Source: an uncultured bacterium
GTDB lineage: Bacteria; Patescibacteriota; Patescibacteriia; UBA1558; GWA2-36-10
Assembly (NCBI GenBank): GCA_903855135.1
Contig: CAINYB010000006.1
Coordinates: 29,631-93,630, forward strand
Length of the DNA: 64,000 nt
Direction: 5' to 3'
The notes under the pieces were generated by a model that saw only the letters and a program-made list of their open reading frames with translations, was not told where the DNA came from and did no database searches. Below, piece after piece: positions 27,600-37,705 of this stretch (position 1 is the stretch's first letter; each line of letters starts with the position of its first letter). Position numbers and translations under genes: made by a program.

Positions 27600-28085
27600 T
27601 TAAGTATTTTTGTTTTTAGTTAAGGCAAAAATCTCATCCGCCTTAATTTTCGCTTCTTGCTCTAAGAAATATTTATTCACTTGCGGAATGATGCGTAGCC
27701 ACTCCACGATTAAGCTCAAAATCTTTTTTAATTTTGCTTTACCAGTTTTTAAGAGTTCATTTATTTTAAGGGCAGTTTCCTCACCTTTTTGCTTAAACTT
27801 GATTTGTGTAGCACTATCTAAAGACAAAAAAACTTTTTCCATATCTTTGGACAAGATTTCTTCTACTTTTTTAAGCTCCCAGCCCTCTTCTACTACTGGC
27901 CTTGTCGGCTGACTAGCGATATTAGCCAAAACAGCAGCCGTTTGATTTGCTTCAGTGCTTTTTTCTGTGACTGTTTCTGGCTGTTGTTCTAAAACTGCGC
28001 TAGTATCTTTTTGCTCAACAGCTAAATTAGCCTGTTGCTCAGGAGTGCTACTTTGCTCAATGATTAATTTTTCATCTATTACCAT
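27600..28085 (-). CDS. Conserved hypothetical protein
   Basis: FK.KGEETA..I..., WL..IP.VNK.FLEQEAKIKAD; 6 nt upstream of the ATPase gene. Confidence 0.75.
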   Translation of the reverse strand: MVIDEKLIIEQSSTPEQQANLAVEQKDTSAVLEQQPETVTEKSTEANQTAAVLANIASQPTRPVVEEGWELKKVEEILSKDMEKVFLSLDSATQIKFKQKGEETALKINELLKTGKAKLKKILSLIVEWLRIIPQVNKYFLEQEAKIKADEIFALTKNKNT

Positions 28086-28096
28086 ATGCGTCTTTA

Positions 28097-28534
28097 TTAT
28101 AACAAGTTTCTAAGTTTTTGTAAAAAAATATTTCTATTTTTTAAATTAGTTAAATAAATCTTTTTTTCTCCGATTATCAAACACAAATTAAAAATAGCAT
28201 GTTTATAAACTTGATCAATATCTTCTAAAAATATCTCGTGAAATATTTTATATTCTTTGTGTTGCCAAACTAAAAAAATAATACGCTGATTGGTCAGTAG
28301 ATAACAATCTTCACTATGTAAAATCAGCTGACTAATGAGTAACAATAAAAATAAAATAAGACTAAGCCATAAAGCTAGTCCCTGTCTATTTGAAGATGTC
28401 AGTGGATAGAGCAAAAAAAATGCGAGAGGCAAAAAAACAAAGACTAATAAATACAACAAAGCTCTTTTCTGACGTTTTTTGGCCAAATAACGCAAAATTT
28501 CATTTTTACCTAAAAATTTGCTAAAATTATACAT
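28097..28534 (-). CDS. Two-TM membrane protein with bacterial PH-like domain
   Basis: Two TM helices followed by YLLTNQRII. Confidence 0.65.
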   Translation of the reverse strand: MYNFSKFLGKNEILRYLAKKRQKRALLYLLVFVFLPLAFFLLYPLTSSNRQGLALWLSLILFLLLLISQLILHSEDCYLLTNQRIIFLVWQHKEYKIFHEIFLEDIDQVYKHAIFNLCLIIGEKKIYLTNLKNRNIFLQKLRNLL

Positions 28535-28627
28535 ATGAAAAGAAAAACTAAAAAATTTATTTGGGCTATTTTTTCCAGCATCATGATCTTATCGATGATT
28601 GCCTGGGCTTTTGGTACTGGTAGCTAG
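28535..28627 (+). CDS. 30-aa single-TM small protein MKRKTKKFIWAIFSSIMILSMIAWAFGTGS
   Basis: Hand-found; fills the whole gap; basic N-terminus plus hydrophobic helix; TGCTAAAAT extended -10 ends 7 nt before the ATG. Confidence 0.6.
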   Translation: MKRKTKKFIWAIFSSIMILSMIAWAFGTGS

Positions 28628-30393
28628 TCTTTTTTCAAAATTGCCAAATAAGCCTCTTGGGGTATAACGACACGGCCTGTGCTGGCCATTCTTTTTTTAC
28701 CTTTTTTCTGTTTTTCTAATAGTTTACGCTTACGAGTCACATCACCACCATAGAGCTTAGCAGTCACATCTTTACGCATAGCAGATATTTTATCACCAGC
28801 GATTATTTTGCCACCCACGGCTGCTTGTAATTTTATTGCAAATTGAGCTTTTGGTAAAACATCTTTTAGTTTGTTGACTATTCTTTTACCCACCATATGA
28901 GCTTGATCACGATAAACTAAGCTCGTCAAAGCTTCGACTGGATTTTCTGCTACTAAAATATCCATTTTGACCAAATCACATTCGTGATAGCCAGTCAAAT
29001 CATAATTTAATGAAGCATAACCAGAAGAAATGCTTTTTATTTTGTCATAAAAATCTACTAAGACACTACTCAAAGGTATTTGATAACGCAAAATAACTCT
29101 ATTTTCATCCAGATATTCAGTGTCTTTAGCCTGGCCTTTGGCTTCTATAACATACGCTATTAAATCACCGATGTATTTTTTCGGAGTCACTATCTCAATA
29201 TTGACATAAGGCTCCTCTACATAATCAATCAAGGTAGGATCTGGCATTTCTGACGGCGTAGTCAAAATCTTTTGTTCGCCGTTTTTTAAATACAATTTAT
29301 AAGCCACAGTTGGCGTCGTCACTATCAAGTCAAGATTAAACTCTCGCTTTAATCTTTCTTGAAAAATTTCTAAATGCAATAAACCTAAAAAACCACAGCG
29401 AAAACCAAAGCCTAAAGCTTGAGAACTCGCTGGCTCATAAGCCAAACTTGAGTCGCTAAGCTTTAATTTCATGATGGCATCACGCAATTTTTGATATTCA
29501 TTACCTTCGGCTGGGAAAATACCAGCATAAACCATAGGCTTTACTTCTTTGTAGCCAGGCAATGCTTTGGTCTCAGTATTTTGCTTGATGATCGTATCAC
29601 CTACTTGCGCTTTAGAAAGATTTTTTACACTAGTGACTAGATAGCCGATACTACCATTATGTAATAATGGTGCACTGACCCAGTTTGGCTGGAAATAACC
29701 AAGATCTAAAACTTCGGTGTTTTCACCACTGGCAACAAATTGTACTTTGTCCCCTTTTTTTAAGTCACCACCAAAAACTCGGATATAAATCACTACACCC
29801 CGATATTCATCATAAGTGGAATCAAAAACTAAAGCTTTTAAATCTCTTTCTGTATCTTTAGGGCTTGGTACGCGCTCGATAATAGCTTGCAAGACCGCTT
29901 CGACGCCCATGCCAGTTTTTGCTGACACGCTCAAAATATCTTCTTTTTTGCAGCCCAATAAATTAACGATTTCTTGAGTCACCGTGGGCACATCAGCAGC
30001 TGGCAAATCAATTTTATTTATAACCGGGATAATAGTTAAGTTTTGTTCTAAGGCTAAATACAAATTAGCCAAAGTCTGTGCTTCGATACCTTGAGTAGCG
30101 TCAACTAATAAAATAGCTCCTTCAACAGCCGCTAGGGAGCGAGAAACTTCATAAGTAAAATCGACGTGACCAGGAGTGTCGATCAAGTTTAGTTCATGAC
30201 CATGCCATTGCATTCGTGCGGGCTGAAGCTTGATCGTGATACCACGCTCACGCTCAAGATCCATTTGATCCAAAATTTGTGCTTTCATTTTTCGCGCCTC
30301 AACAGTTTTTGTCACCTCTAAAAAACGGTCAGCCAAAGTCGACTTACCGTGGTCAATATGCGCTATTATGCAGAAATTACGGATATTATTCAT
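28624..30393 (-). CDS. lepA: Elongation factor 4
   Basis: IRNFCIIAHIDHGKSTLADR, GFRCGFLGLLH, RKDVTAKLYGGD. Confidence 0.99.
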   Translation of the reverse strand: MNNIRNFCIIAHIDHGKSTLADRFLEVTKTVEARKMKAQILDQMDLERERGITIKLQPARMQWHGHELNLIDTPGHVDFTYEVSRSLAAVEGAILLVDATQGIEAQTLANLYLALEQNLTIIPVINKIDLPAADVPTVTQEIVNLLGCKKEDILSVSAKTGMGVEAVLQAIIERVPSPKDTERDLKALVFDSTYDEYRGVVIYIRVFGGDLKKGDKVQFVASGENTEVLDLGYFQPNWVSAPLLHNGSIGYLVTSVKNLSKAQVGDTIIKQNTETKALPGYKEVKPMVYAGIFPAEGNEYQKLRDAIMKLKLSDSSLAYEPASSQALGFGFRCGFLGLLHLEIFQERLKREFNLDLIVTTPTVAYKLYLKNGEQKILTTPSEMPDPTLIDYVEEPYVNIEIVTPKKYIGDLIAYVIEAKGQAKDTEYLDENRVILRYQIPLSSVLVDFYDKIKSISSGYASLNYDLTGYHECDLVKMDILVAENPVEALTSLVYRDQAHMVGKRIVNKLKDVLPKAQFAIKLQAAVGGKIIAGDKISAMRKDVTAKLYGGDVTRKRKLLEKQKKGKKRMASTGRVVIPQEAYLAILKKD

Positions 30394-30396
30394 GCG

Positions 30397-31974
30397 CTAT
30401 CTTTTAAAGATTAATAGGCCTTTTTTAAATAATTTTTTAAATAAAGCTACTTCTTCTAGCTTGAACACTATACCTAAAATCAAATAACTTAGCAAGCCGA
30501 CAGTACCCGCTACTAGACCCTGGCTAAAGATACCAATAAAGCTATGCATATCTACTAATGGTGCGATAAAATGTAAGGCTAAATAAGCTAAAACACCAGC
30601 CAGCAAAGAATTAAAAGTTATTTTTAAAGAAGAAATAAAAATTATTTGATCATCTAAATCTCGTACATGTCGATGTAAAAAAATGTATAACAAAATCATA
30701 TTTAAAATACTAGAAATCGAAAAAGCTGTAGCTAGACCCAAAACACCATATGGCTTGGCTAAAGAAATAGACAAAACAATATTGATAGCTACACTAAATA
30801 AACTGATATACATCGGGATCTTGGTATCTTCACAAGCATAAAAAGAACGAGCAAGTAGTGGAATAAGTCCTTGAGCAAAAATAGAAATCGCAAAACAACC
30901 AAGCGCTTGAGCAGTGTAATAAGTATTATCCCAATTAAAAGCTCCGGAGCCCAAGACAATACGGACAAACTGGGCACGTAAAATCAAAATAAAAACAGAT
31001 AGTGGCACTAATAAAAATAAAATGCGACGAAAACTTTGCGAAAAAGTCTTGGCAAATAATTGTTTATTATCTTCGTTGATCGCTTGGGTAAAAGTAGGAA
31101 AAACTGCGATTGCCAAAGATACCGCAAATAAACTAACTGGCAAGCTCTGTAAATTGTTAGCTAAATTAAATACCGCAATGCTACCGGCTGATAAAGTGGA
31201 AGCAATCACCGTGGTAGCAATCAGATTCAACTGACCAACTGCCAAAGAAAAAGTCCGTGGCAACATCAGCCACAAGATTCTTTTTAACTCTTGGCTAAAT
31301 TTGAAAGTCAACTGATAATGATAGCCATGTTTATAAGCTTCTGGTAATTGTACTAACAAATGCATAGCTGCACCCAAAACTACACCCCAGGCTAAACCGG
31401 ATAAAGAAAAAATTGGGTAAAGCCAAACAATACCAATAATAATACCGATATTATAAAAACTAGAAGCTAAAGAAAAGCTGAAAAACTTTTTCCAAGAATT
31501 TAATACTCCACCCAAAAGATTGGAAGCCACAAAAAAGAAAACTGCAAATAACATGATGCGTGTCAAATAAGTGACTCGCTCTAATTGCCAAGCTAAAAAT
31601 CCCGGGGTCAAAACCTGCATGATCTTTGGGGCAAAAACAAAAGCCAAAACAACTAGAATTGCCATGATAAACAAAAAGAAATTCAAAACAGAATTCGCTA
31701 AAATCAAAGCCTTATCTCTGTCTTTAGTCCAGGCTTTTTGAAATACCGGGATAAAAGCTGAAGTCAAAGCTCCTAAAACTAAAGTATTAAAAATCAAATC
31801 TGGCAAACGAAAAGCTGCATAATAAATATCAGATATTTGTGAAGCGCCAAAATTATGCGCGATCAAACGCTCTCGCAATAAAGCAAAAACTTTGGATAAA
31901 AAAGAAAAGCCGGTGATCAAAATCGCACCGCCCATCACTGTATTATTTATTTTTTGCCAAATTTTATGCAACAT
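30397..31974 (-). CDS. murJ: Lipid II flippase MurJ
   Basis: FGA...DIYYAAFRLPD, SAFIPVF, R.FYA..DTK.P; many TM helices. Confidence 0.93.
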   Translation of the reverse strand: MLHKIWQKINNTVMGGAILITGFSFLSKVFALLRERLIAHNFGASQISDIYYAAFRLPDLIFNTLVLGALTSAFIPVFQKAWTKDRDKALILANSVLNFFLFIMAILVVLAFVFAPKIMQVLTPGFLAWQLERVTYLTRIMLFAVFFFVASNLLGGVLNSWKKFFSFSLASSFYNIGIIIGIVWLYPIFSLSGLAWGVVLGAAMHLLVQLPEAYKHGYHYQLTFKFSQELKRILWLMLPRTFSLAVGQLNLIATTVIASTLSAGSIAVFNLANNLQSLPVSLFAVSLAIAVFPTFTQAINEDNKQLFAKTFSQSFRRILFLLVPLSVFILILRAQFVRIVLGSGAFNWDNTYYTAQALGCFAISIFAQGLIPLLARSFYACEDTKIPMYISLFSVAINIVLSISLAKPYGVLGLATAFSISSILNMILLYIFLHRHVRDLDDQIIFISSLKITFNSLLAGVLAYLALHFIAPLVDMHSFIGIFSQGLVAGTVGLLSYLILGIVFKLEEVALFKKLFKKGLLIFKR

Positions 31975-31975
31975 T

Positions 31976-34351
31976 TTATTTATTTGTCATGATAAAACCA
32001 AAGTATTGATCATTTTCTAAATCATCACCATAGCTCACCAATTTATTATTGATGCTCATTTTAGTTTGATCTAAAGCTTGACCCCAAACTACTTTGAGAT
32101 TATCTGGCAATAAAACACTAGAGTTAAAAACCGTATTTTTTACACCAGCTTGTGACTGTAATAATAAGCTATAATTATCTAAAGTGACATTATCTTTAAA
32201 AATTTTATGCCACCAATTATTAGCTAGATTATCAACTACTTTGATTTTAAAAGGTAATTTGTATTTAAGGGCTACCGTTTTACTTTCACCTGGCTTTAAA
32301 GTCATCCAGTTTGCAAACACGGTTTTATTTAAACTAGTATAAATTTCTGTCTGCGAATCAGACGCAAAAACTTTATTTTTTTCTTCTAGCTTTATATCTT
32401 GATCATCTTGAGCATCGGTCTGTGCTTGAAAAGCTTCGCTATTAAAATGATCAAAGCCCGAAGCTAAAACTAGCTCACTGCCTACTGGCACATAAAAACG
32501 TAAATAGCTAGCATTTCCACCTTGAAAACCAGCCAAAGGATTATTAGCCTCGCCTTTGTTTGTTCTCGTCACTTTGACGGTATCAATGATTTCACCATTT
32601 GGCATGATCTCTGCCTGATGCTCAATCGTCTGGTAAATATCTTTATCGGTTTTTCCACCAGCAATATTTGTATTTACTACTTCTAGATAGTCCTTGCTTG
32701 AGCTCAACATTTCTCCAGCCCAAGCAAATTTTTTGACCTTAGCTTGCAAATCAGCGTCTGATAAATAAATTTGTATATCTTTGTTGGCTAAAGCATCGAC
32801 TAAAACTTTGACTACTTCTTTTTGCTTATCTTTGTTATCAAGTAATTTTTCTAAAAGTTTTGGCGCTAAATCAGCAATAATCGCTTTTGGCTGATTGGTA
32901 GTTTTGTCATAATTTAGCTCTACTTGATTTTGTAAAGTAGTAAATAAATTATCCGCCGTAATAGTGACATTATATTCCGGCATCGACATCTCACCAGTCA
33001 CTTTTAATAGCTCACCCAACAAATCCGCATTGACTGCAATCACGCCGTCAGTGGTTGCTCCACCATAATTTTGGTACATCCAAGAGATTTTTTTAGCGCT
33101 CGTGGGAAAATCTGGCCACCAATTTGCATCCCAGAGATTAAAATAAGGATTAATCAAGGATAAAGCCCGTGGAGATTTGAGCTTCACAGTTTGACCAGCT
33201 GCTAAATCATAAGTGCCACCTTTAGGAATTTCTAGATTAGTGATTTTACCGTGATAAACATCTAACAAAGCCATGGAACCGATAAAACCACCAGTGGCTC
33301 TTAATTCATTATTATTTTGAAATAATACTAAATATCTTTTTTCTTGTGTATGGCCTAAGACTTCCCCAAAGACGGCAAAAACATCTTTAATGTTTTTCAA
33401 GCTCATTGTTGCTTTTGGCAAATAGTCAGCTAATTCTTTAAAATAGCCTTGGATTTCTGGATCTAGACTATCTAAATCTATTTTTTTAATGTCACGGCTT
33501 GCTGTCTCTAGATAAGGCAAAGTTTGATCAATTTGACCACTCAAAAATAATAGATGATTAGTGACGTTTTCATTGTTTTGGAATTGCTGATTCAAAGTCA
33601 CGGCTGCCTGGGAAACATCGTTGGCAATATTCAAAAGATTTGTGCCCACGGAAACTGATTTACCGACAATAGGCATCTTGCCACCAGCCTCGATCATCCA
33701 GGTCTGATATTTATCTAAAACATCTTGAATGGCCGCAAAATTAGCTAAAGCCGCTTGAAAATCGCTTTCTGAAGTTTGTAAATCATTAGCAGAAGCAGAT
33801 AGCAAGCCAGATTGCAGATTAAATAAGCCATTTTTACCTAGTTGCCAAATCTTAGTTTTGTCTTGGGAAAAATTTTGATAAAAAACCAAAGCCTTTAGCG
33901 GTAATAAAACTAATAAAATAATAAAAACAAAGACTATTAATTGCTTAGAAATTTTAAATAAAGGTGTTTTAACATCTGACCAAGAAAAGCTATCATCCTC
34001 GCCTTGATCAAAAGTTTCTTTATTTCTCCAGCTAAATTTCTTTTTGACTTCTACTTTAGGCTGTGGATGTTTTAAGTCCAAAACATGATGAGCTGGTTTG
34101 ATTTTTTTAATGATTTGTGGAGTTTGCTGGGCTACAACAGTTTCTTTAAATTCACTTTTTTGTCTAGTCAAAAAATATGAAGCCTGGCCTAAGTCTTCTT
34201 GGATTAATCTATCTAATTTCGCTAAAGCTTTTTGTCTTTTTTCCCAGCTTGCACCAAAATCCACTAAAAAATCATCCAGATCAGTTAAGAAGGATTGTTT
34301 GATTTCTGTTAAATTAGAAAGATTTGGAGATTTATAATCTTCGTGTTGCAT
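31976..34351 (-). CDS. DUF4012 family protein
   Basis: YLVLFQNNNELRATGGFIGS, ANWWPDFPTSA, DGVIAV, NIAGGKTD, YLRFYVP.GS. Confidence 0.85.
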   Translation of the reverse strand: MQHEDYKSPNLSNLTEIKQSFLTDLDDFLVDFGASWEKRQKALAKLDRLIQEDLGQASYFLTRQKSEFKETVVAQQTPQIIKKIKPAHHVLDLKHPQPKVEVKKKFSWRNKETFDQGEDDSFSWSDVKTPLFKISKQLIVFVFIILLVLLPLKALVFYQNFSQDKTKIWQLGKNGLFNLQSGLLSASANDLQTSESDFQAALANFAAIQDVLDKYQTWMIEAGGKMPIVGKSVSVGTNLLNIANDVSQAAVTLNQQFQNNENVTNHLLFLSGQIDQTLPYLETASRDIKKIDLDSLDPEIQGYFKELADYLPKATMSLKNIKDVFAVFGEVLGHTQEKRYLVLFQNNNELRATGGFIGSMALLDVYHGKITNLEIPKGGTYDLAAGQTVKLKSPRALSLINPYFNLWDANWWPDFPTSAKKISWMYQNYGGATTDGVIAVNADLLGELLKVTGEMSMPEYNVTITADNLFTTLQNQVELNYDKTTNQPKAIIADLAPKLLEKLLDNKDKQKEVVKVLVDALANKDIQIYLSDADLQAKVKKFAWAGEMLSSSKDYLEVVNTNIAGGKTDKDIYQTIEHQAEIMPNGEIIDTVKVTRTNKGEANNPLAGFQGGNASYLRFYVPVGSELVLASGFDHFNSEAFQAQTDAQDDQDIKLEEKNKVFASDSQTEIYTSLNKTVFANWMTLKPGESKTVALKYKLPFKIKVVDNLANNWWHKIFKDNVTLDNYSLLLQSQAGVKNTVFNSSVLLPDNLKVVWGQALDQTKMSINNKLVSYGDDLENDQYFGFIMTNK

Positions 34352-34387
34352 AAGCTAAAAGCTTGCCTATATTATAGCATAATAACA

Positions 34388-34430
34388 CAAAAAAAATAAA
34401 CTACCCACCAGCGGCGGGTAGTTTATTTTT
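34388..34430 (-). terminator. Terminator after the glycosyltransferase operon
   Basis: AAACTACCCGCC-GCT-GGTGGGTAGTTT followed by a T tract on the minus strand. Confidence 0.65.
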
Positions 34431-35514
34431 GATAGCAGTGTGTAATTATTTCTTGCGCCATTTTTTCCCAAGAGTATCTAGCCAACACTGCATTGCTATT
34501 ACTCAATAAAGATTGTTTTAAATTATCATCGCTGATGATTTGCTCTAGCTTATGTAATAAGTCTTCTTTATTTTTCGGATCAAAGTATAAAACCGAGTCA
34601 GCTAAAATCTCCGGCAGACAAGAAGCTGATGATGATAAAACTGGCGTCTGATAAGCTAAAGCTTCGAGTGGTGGTAAACCAAAACCTTCATAAAGCGAAG
34701 GAAAAATATAAGCTGTTGCTTGCTGATAAAAAGAAGCTAATTTTTTATCAGGGATAAAACCAGCAAAAACCACATGCTGTCCAGCAGTTTTTTCTAGCTG
34801 TTGGTAAAAATAGTTATGATCCCCTACTAAAACTAAATAAAAATCTGGATGAGTTTTTAAAAATTTAGCAAAAACTGTTAATAAAAATTCTAAATTTTTA
34901 TGAGGATAAGCATTACCCACATAAAGAAAAAATTTCTCCGGTAAATCATCATTGATTTCTGGCGTGGCTTTGATAGGTGTCAAACCTTCATAAATAACTT
35001 TTATTTTTTCAGCTTGCTTTGGTGATAATTTAAAATAATTTTTGATATCATCAGCCGTAAATTGTGAGACCGCGATTATCTTCTCTGCTCTTTTGATAGC
35101 TAATCTGATGGTCAACTGATAAGCTAAACGTTTAAAAATAAAAATGAAACGATTTAAAGTACTAGTGCGAATACTAGGAAACTTGGTCATAATCAAATCA
35201 TGGATAGTGACGATAAATTTTCCTCGATAAAAAATCGGTACATTAAAATGAGGAAAATGCACTAAATCTGGTTTTAATTTTTTTAATATCGATGGCAAAA
35301 AAATTTGTTCTTGCCATGAATACCAATGATATGGACAAATTTTCCAAGAAAAATTAGCCGGCAATTCCGGCAAATCTGAACTTAATGTTTTTATTAAAAT
35401 AATATATTGATTTTGTGCATCAAATTTAGCTAAATTTAATAAAAGCTGTTGGTTATAACGACCTAAGCCACCATATTTTGGACCAAAAATTCTAAGATCT
35501 AAAACGATGCGCAT
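34423..35514 (-). CDS. GT4 glycosyltransferase
   Basis: Start ATG 35514 (MRIVLD); TIHDL, PHKN, FPSLYEGFGLPPLEA. Confidence 0.93.
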   Translation of the reverse strand: MRIVLDLRIFGPKYGGLGRYNQQLLLNLAKFDAQNQYIILIKTLSSDLPELPANFSWKICPYHWYSWQEQIFLPSILKKLKPDLVHFPHFNVPIFYRGKFIVTIHDLIMTKFPSIRTSTLNRFIFIFKRLAYQLTIRLAIKRAEKIIAVSQFTADDIKNYFKLSPKQAEKIKVIYEGLTPIKATPEINDDLPEKFFLYVGNAYPHKNLEFLLTVFAKFLKTHPDFYLVLVGDHNYFYQQLEKTAGQHVVFAGFIPDKKLASFYQQATAYIFPSLYEGFGLPPLEALAYQTPVLSSSASCLPEILADSVLYFDPKNKEDLLHKLEQIISDDNLKQSLLSNSNAVLARYSWEKMAQEIITHCYQK

Positions 35515-36619
35515 TTTTAAACAGGTTAATAATAGTTTGTGTTTGTTGAGCTTTATCCGGGATGACAAAGCCTTTCGTTTTATTGATAATATATTGCTCT
35601 AAATTTTTATCAGTAGTCAATTGTTTTAATAATTGATAAATCTCCGCTGGATTATAAGGATCGACGTATAGTGCTTGATCTTTCATGATTTCTGGCAAAG
35701 AAGTTTTATAGCTGATAATCACTGGCTTAGCTTGAACTGTAGCCTCTAGCGGTGGAAAGCCAAAGCCTTCATAAAAAGATGGCCAAATCAAGCCAAGAGA
35801 CAAAAAATATAAAGCATCACGTTTTTTACCAGCCACAAAACCCACGTATCTGATATAATCTCTTTTTTTTAATAAACGAAATAAAGGATTATAAAGCCAG
35901 CCTTTATTTCCAACTAATAACAAATCAATATCTGGATAGTCCTGGTGATACAGATCAAAAGCTTTGATAATGCTCCTGATATTTTTTCTCGGCTCCACAG
36001 TGCCTAGATAAAGAAAAAACTTTTTATTTAACTGCAAATCCTTAGTCAATTCTTCGGCTAAAGCTTGCGTCATACGATGAGTATGTAAGCTAGGATAAAT
36101 AACTTTTAACTTTTCTTCCCTGACTGTAAAAAAACGCATGATATCTCGCTTAGTATGTAATGAAACAGCAATCACTTGATCAGCACGATTGATTAATTGC
36201 TTGATATTCACTAAAGCATGCCACCACTTCATTTTTAAAGAATAAAAATGACGACTGTGCAAAAAAGATAAATCATGCACCGTCAAAATCAATGGCGTGA
36301 CATCATTGATTCGAAAAAAATTTAAATTTGGTAGCCAAAAAACATCCAAACTAACTGGCGAAAAACTAGTAAAATCTTTTAATAAATTAAATAGCAAAGC
36401 TAGATTTAATATTTTATTTGGCCAAGGGATATGAAGATGAACAACGTTTTTTTGCTTTAGGCTTTCTGGCAAAGTAAGTTTTTTTAAACCAGCGGAAAAT
36501 AAATAATAAATATTTACTTTATCCTGTGCTAAAACATCCTGTAAAGTATGAAAAACATAATTACCCACGCCACTGCGCTGGTCAAAAGACAAAGTTCTGA
36601 TATCTACTCCAATTTTCAT
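35492..36619 (-). CDS. GT4 glycosyltransferase
   Basis: TVHDL, GTVEPRKN, PSFYEGFGFPPLEA. Confidence 0.93.
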   Translation of the reverse strand: MKIGVDIRTLSFDQRSGVGNYVFHTLQDVLAQDKVNIYYLFSAGLKKLTLPESLKQKNVVHLHIPWPNKILNLALLFNLLKDFTSFSPVSLDVFWLPNLNFFRINDVTPLILTVHDLSFLHSRHFYSLKMKWWHALVNIKQLINRADQVIAVSLHTKRDIMRFFTVREEKLKVIYPSLHTHRMTQALAEELTKDLQLNKKFFLYLGTVEPRKNIRSIIKAFDLYHQDYPDIDLLLVGNKGWLYNPLFRLLKKRDYIRYVGFVAGKKRDALYFLSLGLIWPSFYEGFGFPPLEATVQAKPVIISYKTSLPEIMKDQALYVDPYNPAEIYQLLKQLTTDKNLEQYIINKTKGFVIPDKAQQTQTIINLFKNAHRFRS

Positions 36620-36621
36620 AA

Positions 36622-37704
36622 TTAAGCTTGCTTTAGTAGTTCTAATAATCTTGCTTTAAAAACACTGATATCAAATTTTTCTGCATGAGCTCGGATCAGT
36701 TCTGGCTGCCAAGTGATAGTTTGATAGCGTAAAACTGCATAAGTCAAAGCCGCCCAATTTTGATCTTTAAAAAATACGCCTGTCTGACCATCTATGACAG
36801 TCTCTAAAGCACCACCTTTTTTATAGGCGATCACTGGTCGCCCAGAAGCCATTGCTTCTAAAGCCGAGATGCCCAAATCCTCTACTTGGGGATACAAAAA
36901 TGCCTGACAACGAGCTAAATATTTATTTCTGACTTCGTCTGACACTTCACCTAAAAATTCAATATTGGCACTTGCCATTTTTTTCAGTTTTTTATATTCA
37001 CTACCGGTGCCAATGATTTTTAAAGGCAATTTCATATTATTAAAAGCCCGAATCGCTAAATCTACTTTCTTATATGGTCTAAGACGCGAAACAATCAAAA
37101 AATAATCATCTACTTGGTTACTTATATAAAAATCATCTACTTTTATCGGCGGATAAATAACTTGTGCTTCACGCTGATAATGTTTTTTTATTTTGTCCGC
37201 GATAAATTGAGAGTTGGCGATAAATTTATCTACTTTTTGCGCTTGGCTAAAATCCCAAGTTTGCAAACCATTTAATAAACGTGGTAAAAATATTTTTAAA
37301 AATTTAGGTACTTGTAAGTTACCTAAATATTCAGCCTTATCATCCCATAAATAGCGAGTCGGCGCGTGACAATAGCAAATATGTTTAGCTTGATTTTTAG
37401 TTTTTACTCCTTTGACAAAACTAGAAGCCGAAGATATGACGGTGTCATATTCACTTAAGTCAGTTTTTTCCCAAATTTTTGGCATCAAAAATAAAAAATA
37501 TTTAAAAAAATGCAAAATCAAAGGAATGTTTTGCAAATCAGAAGTTTTTATTTTTTCTTGACTCAAAAGTAAAGCGCTTACTTTTTTATCATTAATCAAA
37601 GTAAAAATTGGCGCTTCCGGAAACATTTCAGCTAAAACTGCTAAAACTCTTTCTGCGCCACCGTTTTGAAATAAATGATCGTGAGCCAAAGCAATTTTTG
37701 GCAT
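36622..37704 (-). CDS. GT4 glycosyltransferase
   Basis: HDHL...GGAERV, YCHAPTRY, EDLGISALEAMASG. Confidence 0.93.
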   Translation of the reverse strand: MPKIALAHDHLFQNGGAERVLAVLAEMFPEAPIFTLINDKKVSALLLSQEKIKTSDLQNIPLILHFFKYFLFLMPKIWEKTDLSEYDTVISSASSFVKGVKTKNQAKHICYCHAPTRYLWDDKAEYLGNLQVPKFLKIFLPRLLNGLQTWDFSQAQKVDKFIANSQFIADKIKKHYQREAQVIYPPIKVDDFYISNQVDDYFLIVSRLRPYKKVDLAIRAFNNMKLPLKIIGTGSEYKKLKKMASANIEFLGEVSDEVRNKYLARCQAFLYPQVEDLGISALEAMASGRPVIAYKKGGALETVIDGQTGVFFKDQNWAALTYAVLRYQTITWQPELIRAHAEKFDISVFKARLLELLKQA

Positions 37705-37705
37705 A

